Assembly (NCBI GenBank): GCA_963422645.2 | Contig: CAXXVO010000005.1 | Location: 352,001 to 416,000 of the forward strand | Direction of reading: 5' to 3' | Source: Alphaproteobacteria bacterium | GTDB lineage: Bacteria; Pseudomonadota; Alphaproteobacteria; UBA828 | Length of the DNA: 64,000 nt | Notes under the pieces: model-generated | What the model saw: only the letters and a program-made list of their open reading frames with translations | Told to the model about the DNA's origin: nothing | Databases searched by the model: none | Shown: one piece after another, positions 59,016 through 64,000 of the stretch | How positions within the stretch are numbered: position 1 is the first letter of the stretch | How the letters are laid out: each line of letters begins with the position of its first letter | Position numbers and translations under genes: made by a program

Positions 59016-59443
59016 TGCGGGCGCTGCTGGACGTGAACGTCCTGATCGCGCTGCTGGATGCCGACCACCTTCACCACGAGGCCGCAAGGCGTTGGTTGCG
59101 GGACAATATCAGGGAGGGGTGGGCCACTTGCCCGCTGACCGAGAACGGGTGCGTGAGAATCATGGCCCAATCCACCTACCCCAACCGCCTGCCCGCACCC
59201 CTCGTTGCCGAGCGCCTCCGGCAGGCCACCACAAGCGCCCACCACGAATTCTGGCCCGATTCGGTAAGCCTGCTGAGCCCGGGCGCAGCGGATTGGAGTC
59301 GGTTGATAGGCCCGCGACAGATCACCGATATCTATCTGCTGGCACTCGCCGTTGCGCGCCGCGGACGGTTCGTCACATTCGACGCCCGAATCGACTCAAG
59401 AGCCGTTCCTGGCGCCGAGAATCAAAGCTACTGCCTGATTTGA
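59015..59443 (+). CDS. vapC: VapC PIN-domain toxin
   Basis: LLDVNVLIAL, TE.G.VR, QITDIYLLALA, TFD. Confidence 0.9.
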   Translation: MRALLDVNVLIALLDADHLHHEAARRWLRDNIREGWATCPLTENGCVRIMAQSTYPNRLPAPLVAERLRQATTSAHHEFWPDSVSLLSPGAADWSRLIGPRQITDIYLLALAVARRGRFVTFDARIDSRAVPGAENQSYCLI

Positions 59444-59708
59444 GCAGCCAAGGGCAGGGTGCCGCCGCAGAGTATGCCCATATCTGGCTAACTTCGGACG
59501 GCGGAGAGCCTCTGAGTCCCGCCCCTCACCAATCGCCTCCCTTGTTTGAATAACGTGGGTTTCGGGGTGACTACCCCTACAATATGTAGTACCAACCCCT
59601 ATAGAGGCTGCCCCAATCTGGCCACAATGAGCATTTAGGCAGGGTAATGAGAGACGCCGCCAACTCGCGTCACCGACCCGTGTCTCCCTACGCGATTGAG
59701 TAGAGCCC

Positions 59709-60461
59709 ATGGCCGGCCACTCCAAATGGGCCAACATCATGTACCGCAAGGGCGCGCAAGACGCCCGGCGGGCCAAGCGCTTCACCAAGCTGATCCGCGA
59801 GGTCTATGTCGCGGCCAGGGAGGGCACGCCCGACCCCGACCATAATCCCAGGCTGCGCACGGCCATCGCGGCGGCCAAGTCGCAGAGCGTGCCCAAGGAC
59901 AACATCGAGCGCGCCATCAAGAAGGCAGCGGGCGGGGACGGCGGGCAAGAGCGTTTCGACACGCTGAGCTACGAGGGCTTCGGACCCGGCGGCGTTGCCG
60001 TAATCGTCGACGCAATCACCGACAACCGCAACCGGACTGCAGCCACGATCCGCTCGATCTTCAGCCGCCACGGCGGCACGTTGGGCGAGACAGGCTCTGT
60101 CAACTATCTGTTTCAACGTGTTGGAATCATTCGCTTCCCCGCAGACGCAGCCAGCGGCGACAACATGTTCGAGGCGGCTCTCGAGGTCGGCGCCGACGAG
60201 TGCGAAAGCGAGGCGGACGGCCACGAGGTGATTTGCGCACCAGAATCCCTGAGCGAGGCGAGCGAGGCGCTGACCGCGCGCTTCGGCGCGCCGGAGCGGG
60301 TCGAGATCTCCTGGCGCCCGCAGACGACGGTGCCCATCGACGAGAATAGGGCGGAGGCTGTCTTCAAGCTGCTGGAAGCGCTCGACGACAGCGACGACGT
60401 GCAGCAGGTCTCGGCGAACTACGACGTCACCGACGATGTCCTGCGCAAGCTCTCGGCCTGA
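59709..60461 (+). CDS. yebC: YebC/PmpR family protein
   Basis: MAGHSKWANI, NPRLR, YEG.GPGG, TDNRNRT. Confidence 0.96.
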   Translation: MAGHSKWANIMYRKGAQDARRAKRFTKLIREVYVAAREGTPDPDHNPRLRTAIAAAKSQSVPKDNIERAIKKAAGGDGGQERFDTLSYEGFGPGGVAVIVDAITDNRNRTAATIRSIFSRHGGTLGETGSVNYLFQRVGIIRFPADAASGDNMFEAALEVGADECESEADGHEVICAPESLSEASEALTARFGAPERVEISWRPQTTVPIDENRAEAVFKLLEALDDSDDVQQVSANYDVTDDVLRKLSA

Positions 60462-60476
60462 GCGGGGGCGAGCGGC

Positions 60477-61001
60477 GTGGCGCGTGTTCTCGGCCTCGAT
60501 CCCGGACTTAGGCGCACTGGCTGGGGCGTGATCGAGGCCGCGGGCAACCGGCTGCGCCATGTCGGCCACGGCGTGGTCGCCACCGACTCTGGAGCGAGCG
60601 TGCCGGAGCGACTCTGCTCCCTGTACGAAGGCCTCGTAGAGATCGTCGCGCGCTACGAGCCCGACGAGGCCTCGGTCGAGGAGACCTTCGTCAATCGCAA
60701 TCCCGCATCGACTCTCAAGCTCGGCCTTGCGCGGGGTGTGGTCTTGCTCGCGCCGGCGCTCGCCGGTCTCCCCGTCCATGAGTATGCCGCGAACCGGATC
60801 AAGAAGGCGCTGGTCGGCGCCGGGCACGCCAACAAGGAACAGGTCGCACTGATGGTCCGCCACCTGCTGACCGGTGTCGGCGACGCGACGGCAGACGCCA
60901 CGGACGCGCTTGCCGCAGCGATTTGCCATGCCCACGCGGCAGGCACCCACGCCCGCTGGCAGCCGGCCCCGGAGCCGGCTGCGTCGAAGGCAGCACGATG
61001 A
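60477..61001 (+). CDS. ruvC: Holliday junction resolvase
   Basis: LGLDPG..TGWG, EE.FVN.N, G.ARG, DA.DALA.AICH. Confidence 0.95.
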   Translation: MARVLGLDPGLRRTGWGVIEAAGNRLRHVGHGVVATDSGASVPERLCSLYEGLVEIVARYEPDEASVEETFVNRNPASTLKLGLARGVVLLAPALAGLPVHEYAANRIKKALVGAGHANKEQVALMVRHLLTGVGDATADATDALAAAICHAHAAGTHARWQPAPEPAASKAAR

Positions 61002-61591
61002 TCGCGAAGCTGCGCGGAGTCCTCGACAGCCTGGGCGATGGCTGGGCGGTCGTCGACGTCGGTGGCGTGGGCTACTTGACCTATTGCTCCACCGGCACCC
61101 TCGCTTCGCTGCCGCCACGAGGGCAGGAGGTGAACCTCACCATCGAAACCGTGGTGCGTGAAGACCACATCCATCTCTACGGCTTCTCCAGCGAGCAGGA
61201 GCGCGACTGGTTTCGCCTGCTGCAGACCGTGCAAAGCGTCGGCGCCCGCCTCGCGCTCGCAATTCTGGGCGCGCTGCCGGCACCGGAGCTTGCCGTCTGC
61301 ATCGCCGCTCAGGACAGGGCGAGCCTGACCCGTGCACCTGGGGTGGGACCCAAGCTCGCAGCGCGCATCCTGAGCGAGCTGAGAGACAAGGCCGAGACCC
61401 TGCCGGGCGCTGCACCGGCACCCGCAGTCGCCGGCGGTGCGGCCAACGCCGATGCCATCGCGGCCCTCGTCAATCTCGGCTACCGCCCGACCGAGGCCCA
61501 CGGCGCGGTGTCGGGTGCGGCCCGGTCGCTCGGCACAGAGGCCCCTGTCGAGGAGTTGATCCGCGCCGGCCTTAAGGAGCTCGCACAGTGA
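60998..61591 (+). CDS. ruvA: Holliday junction branch migration protein
   Basis: MIAKLRG, DVGGVGY, VRED..LYGF, ALVNLGY. Confidence 0.95.
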   Translation: MIAKLRGVLDSLGDGWAVVDVGGVGYLTYCSTGTLASLPPRGQEVNLTIETVVREDHIHLYGFSSEQERDWFRLLQTVQSVGARLALAILGALPAPELAVCIAAQDRASLTRAPGVGPKLAARILSELRDKAETLPGAAPAPAVAGGAANADAIAALVNLGYRPTEAHGAVSGAARSLGTEAPVEELIRAGLKELAQ

Positions 61592-62634
61592 GCGAGGCAC
61601 GCGTCGTCGCTGGCGCGGCGGAGCCCGAAGACCGGCTCGATAGCGGGCTCAGGCCGCGCAAGCTCGACGACTTCGTCGGCCAACGCGCGGTGCGCGAGAA
61701 CCTGCGAATCTTCATCGCAGCCGCGTCTGCGCGCGGCGAGGCCCTCGATCACGTGCTGTTCTACGGGCCGCCGGGCCTCGGCAAGACCACGCTGGCGCAG
61801 ATCGTCGCCCGCGAGCTCGGCGTCGGTATTCGCACGACCTCAGGCCCGGTGATTGCGCGCGCAGGCGACCTCGCCGCCATCCTGACAAACCTCAACGAGC
61901 GCGACGTGCTCTTCATCGATGAGATCCACCGGCTCAATCCGGCGGTGGAGGAGATTCTCTATCCGGCCATGGAGGATTCTCAGCTCGACCTGATCATCGG
62001 CGAGGGGCCGGGCGCGCGCTCGGTGCGGATCGATCTGCCGCCCTTCACCCTGGTGGGCGCGACGACGCGCACCGGCCTCATCACCACGCCGCTGCGCGAG
62101 CGCTTCGGCATCCCGCTCAGGCTCGACTTCTACGAGGTCGACGAGCTGGTCGAGATCGTGACCCGCAATGCGGGGCTTCTCGACGTCGCGTTGAGTGCCG
62201 ATGGGGCCGCCGAGGTCTCCGCCCGCTCCCGCGGCACGCCGCGCATCGCCGGCCGCCTGCTGCGCCGCGTGCGCGACTTCGCGGCAGTGGCGGGTGAGGC
62301 GACCATCGACGCCGCCATCGCCGACCGCGCGCTCAACCGGCTCGAGGTCGACCAGCGCGGTCTCGATTCGATGGACCGTCGCTATCTCTCCTGCATTGCG
62401 GAGAACTACGGCGGCGGTCCGGTAGGAATCGAAACCATTGCCGCGGCGCTCTCCGAACAGCGTGACGCGCTGGAGGAGGTGATCGAGCCCTTCCTGATCC
62501 AGCAGGGCTTCGTGCAACGAACGCCACGCGGCCGCATGCTCACCCGGCACGGTTTCGGTCATCTGGGTATGGCGCAGCCGGAGGAAGCGCCGCGCCAGCT
62601 CGCCCTATTGGACGAAGGCCATGGCAGCCGTTGA
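61588..62634 (+). CDS. ruvB: Holliday junction branch migration helicase
   Basis: [24 protein letters not shown]. Confidence 0.97.
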   Translation: MSEARVVAGAAEPEDRLDSGLRPRKLDDFVGQRAVRENLRIFIAAASARGEALDHVLFYGPPGLGKTTLAQIVARELGVGIRTTSGPVIARAGDLAAILTNLNERDVLFIDEIHRLNPAVEEILYPAMEDSQLDLIIGEGPGARSVRIDLPPFTLVGATTRTGLITTPLRERFGIPLRLDFYEVDELVEIVTRNAGLLDVALSADGAAEVSARSRGTPRIAGRLLRRVRDFAAVAGEATIDAAIADRALNRLEVDQRGLDSMDRRYLSCIAENYGGGPVGIETIAAALSEQRDALEEVIEPFLIQQGFVQRTPRGRMLTRHGFGHLGMAQPEEAPRQLALLDEGHGSR

Positions 62635-63091
62635 AGCGGACAAAGCGATGGCCCCGCTGGGCGGCCGCTTCGAAGGCGGCGAGCACGTCTATCCGCTCCG
62701 CGTCTACCACGAGGACACGGACGCAGGCGGCATCGTCTACTACGCCAACTACCTCAAGTTCGCCGAGCGGGCGCGGACCGAGATGATGCGAGGCGCCGGA
62801 ATCACCCACGTAACGCTGATTGGGGACCACGACGCAGCCTTCGTTGTGAGGCGCTGCGTCGTGGACTACAGACAGCCGGCGCGGCTCGACGACGAGATCG
62901 AGGTGCGCACCAGCATCGGCGCGGTGGCTGGCGCCCATATCGACGCAGAACAGCGCGTCATGCGCGAGGACGCGCTGCTGGCCAGCATCGACCTCAAGCT
63001 CGGCTGCGTCGGGCGCGACGGCCGCGCAGTGCGGCTGCCGACGCCTTTGCGTCAAGCGCTCTCAAGACTGGTACCGGCGGACGGGCAGTAG
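62621..63091 (+). CDS. ybgC: Tol-pal-associated acyl-CoA thioesterase
   Basis: [26 protein letters not shown]. Confidence 0.93.
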   Translation: MAAVEADKAMAPLGGRFEGGEHVYPLRVYHEDTDAGGIVYYANYLKFAERARTEMMRGAGITHVTLIGDHDAAFVVRRCVVDYRQPARLDDEIEVRTSIGAVAGAHIDAEQRVMREDALLASIDLKLGCVGRDGRAVRLPTPLRQALSRLVPADGQ

Positions 63092-63101
63092 CGGGGGAGA
63101 C

Positions 63102-63836
63102 ATGGAATCCGACCTTGTTCGCGCCGTTGAGATCGGCGCCAGCGCGGTGGCCGAGGACTTCTCCCTCTGGGGCCTGTTTCTGCAGGCCGACGTCATCGTC
63201 AAGGCCGTGATCGTGGTGCTCCTGATTGCGTCGCTCTGGAGCTGGGCGATCATCTTCGACAAGAGCCTCCGCTATGCCCGCGCCCGCCGGCTTGCTGTCG
63301 AGTTCGAGCAGGCCTTCTGGTCCGGCGGCTCCCTCGATCAGCTCTACGACAACCTCTCCAATCAGCGCAGCCACCCCATGACCGTGCTCTTCGCATCGGC
63401 GATGGACGAGTGGCGCCGCTTCGCGAGCCGAGGATCCCATCTTTCGGCAGACCGGCTGGAAGGCCTCCAACGCCGGATTGCCTACGCCATGGATGCCGCG
63501 CTCAACCGGGAGCTCAATCAGCTCGAGCGCTATCTCGGTTTTCTCGCCACGGTGGGCTCGACGGCACCCTTCGTCGGCCTCTTCGGCACCGTCTGGGGCA
63601 TCATGAACAGTTTCCAGTCGATCGCGGCGAGCAAGGACACCTCGCTCGCCGTGGTGGCACCCGGCATCGCCGAGGCGCTCTTCGCGACCGCGCTCGGTCT
63701 CGTGGCCGCCATCCCTGCGGTGGTGGCCTACAACAAGCTTAGCAGCGACCTTGACCGCTATGCCGGCCGGCTGGAGGCCTTCGGCACCGAGTTCCGCGCC
63801 CTACTTGGCCGCCAGCTTGAGGAGCGCGCGGGCTGA
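63102..63836 (+). CDS. tolQ: Tol-Pal system protein TolQ
   Basis: [29 protein letters not shown]. Confidence 0.95.
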   Translation: MESDLVRAVEIGASAVAEDFSLWGLFLQADVIVKAVIVVLLIASLWSWAIIFDKSLRYARARRLAVEFEQAFWSGGSLDQLYDNLSNQRSHPMTVLFASAMDEWRRFASRGSHLSADRLEGLQRRIAYAMDAALNRELNQLERYLGFLATVGSTAPFVGLFGTVWGIMNSFQSIAASKDTSLAVVAPGIAEALFATALGLVAAIPAVVAYNKLSSDLDRYAGRLEAFGTEFRALLGRQLEERAG

Positions 63837-64000
63837 TGGCGACCGAATGGGATCAGCCATTGAACGGTCGGAGCCGGGGCGGGCGGCGCCGGCGCGCGCC
63901 CATGAGCCAGATCAACGTGACGCCTTTCGTCGACGTCATGCTCGTGCTGCTGGTGATCTTCATGATCACGGCACCGCTGCTGACGGTGGGCGTGGAGGTC
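63836..64000 (+). CDS. tolR: TolR (partial, runs off window)
   Basis: [23 protein letters not shown] after tolQ. Confidence 0.9.
   Translation, partial: MATEWDQPLNGRSRGGRRRRAPMSQINVTPFVDVMLVLLVIFMITAPLLTVGVEV

Overview
High-GC window, most likely from an alphaproteobacterium (inferred from parC-recO and yebC-ruvCAB-ybgC-tolQR synteny). 1-2267: IS21 element (istB partial, istA). ~2270-11749: right part of a Mu-like transposable prophage (gemA, HNH-like gene, Mor-like activator, lysis cassette, gp26/gp27, terminase, portal, gpF). It ends at a clean CA terminus with two 24-bp subterminal repeats, inserted into a Baeyer-Villiger monooxygenase gene, and no capsid or tail genes lie between gpF and that end. 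13-32 kb: catabolic island for a creatinine/guanidino-like N-compound (deaminase, two M24-fold enzymes incl. a creatinase homologue, hydantoinase AB, BMP-ABC transporter, two DUF1989 proteins, thiolase, acyl-CoA dehydrogenase, frameshifted LysR). 32.9-44.2 kb: three IS elements, namely a single-ORF IS66 splitting a glutaredoxin/DinB-like gene, a second IS66 carrying a translationally coupled Dam-like DNA adenine methyltransferase inside its inverted repeats, and an IS1380; the last two disrupt a low-GC gene. 44-64 kb: parC, recO, TPP riboswitch with thiZXY, F420 genes (cofD, cofE, F420-dependent enzymes), vapBC, yebC-ruvCAB-ybgC-tolQR. Best novelty candidates: the methyltransferase-carrying IS66 and the Mu-like element ending directly after gpF. 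All family calls come from motif recognition by eye; no searches were run.
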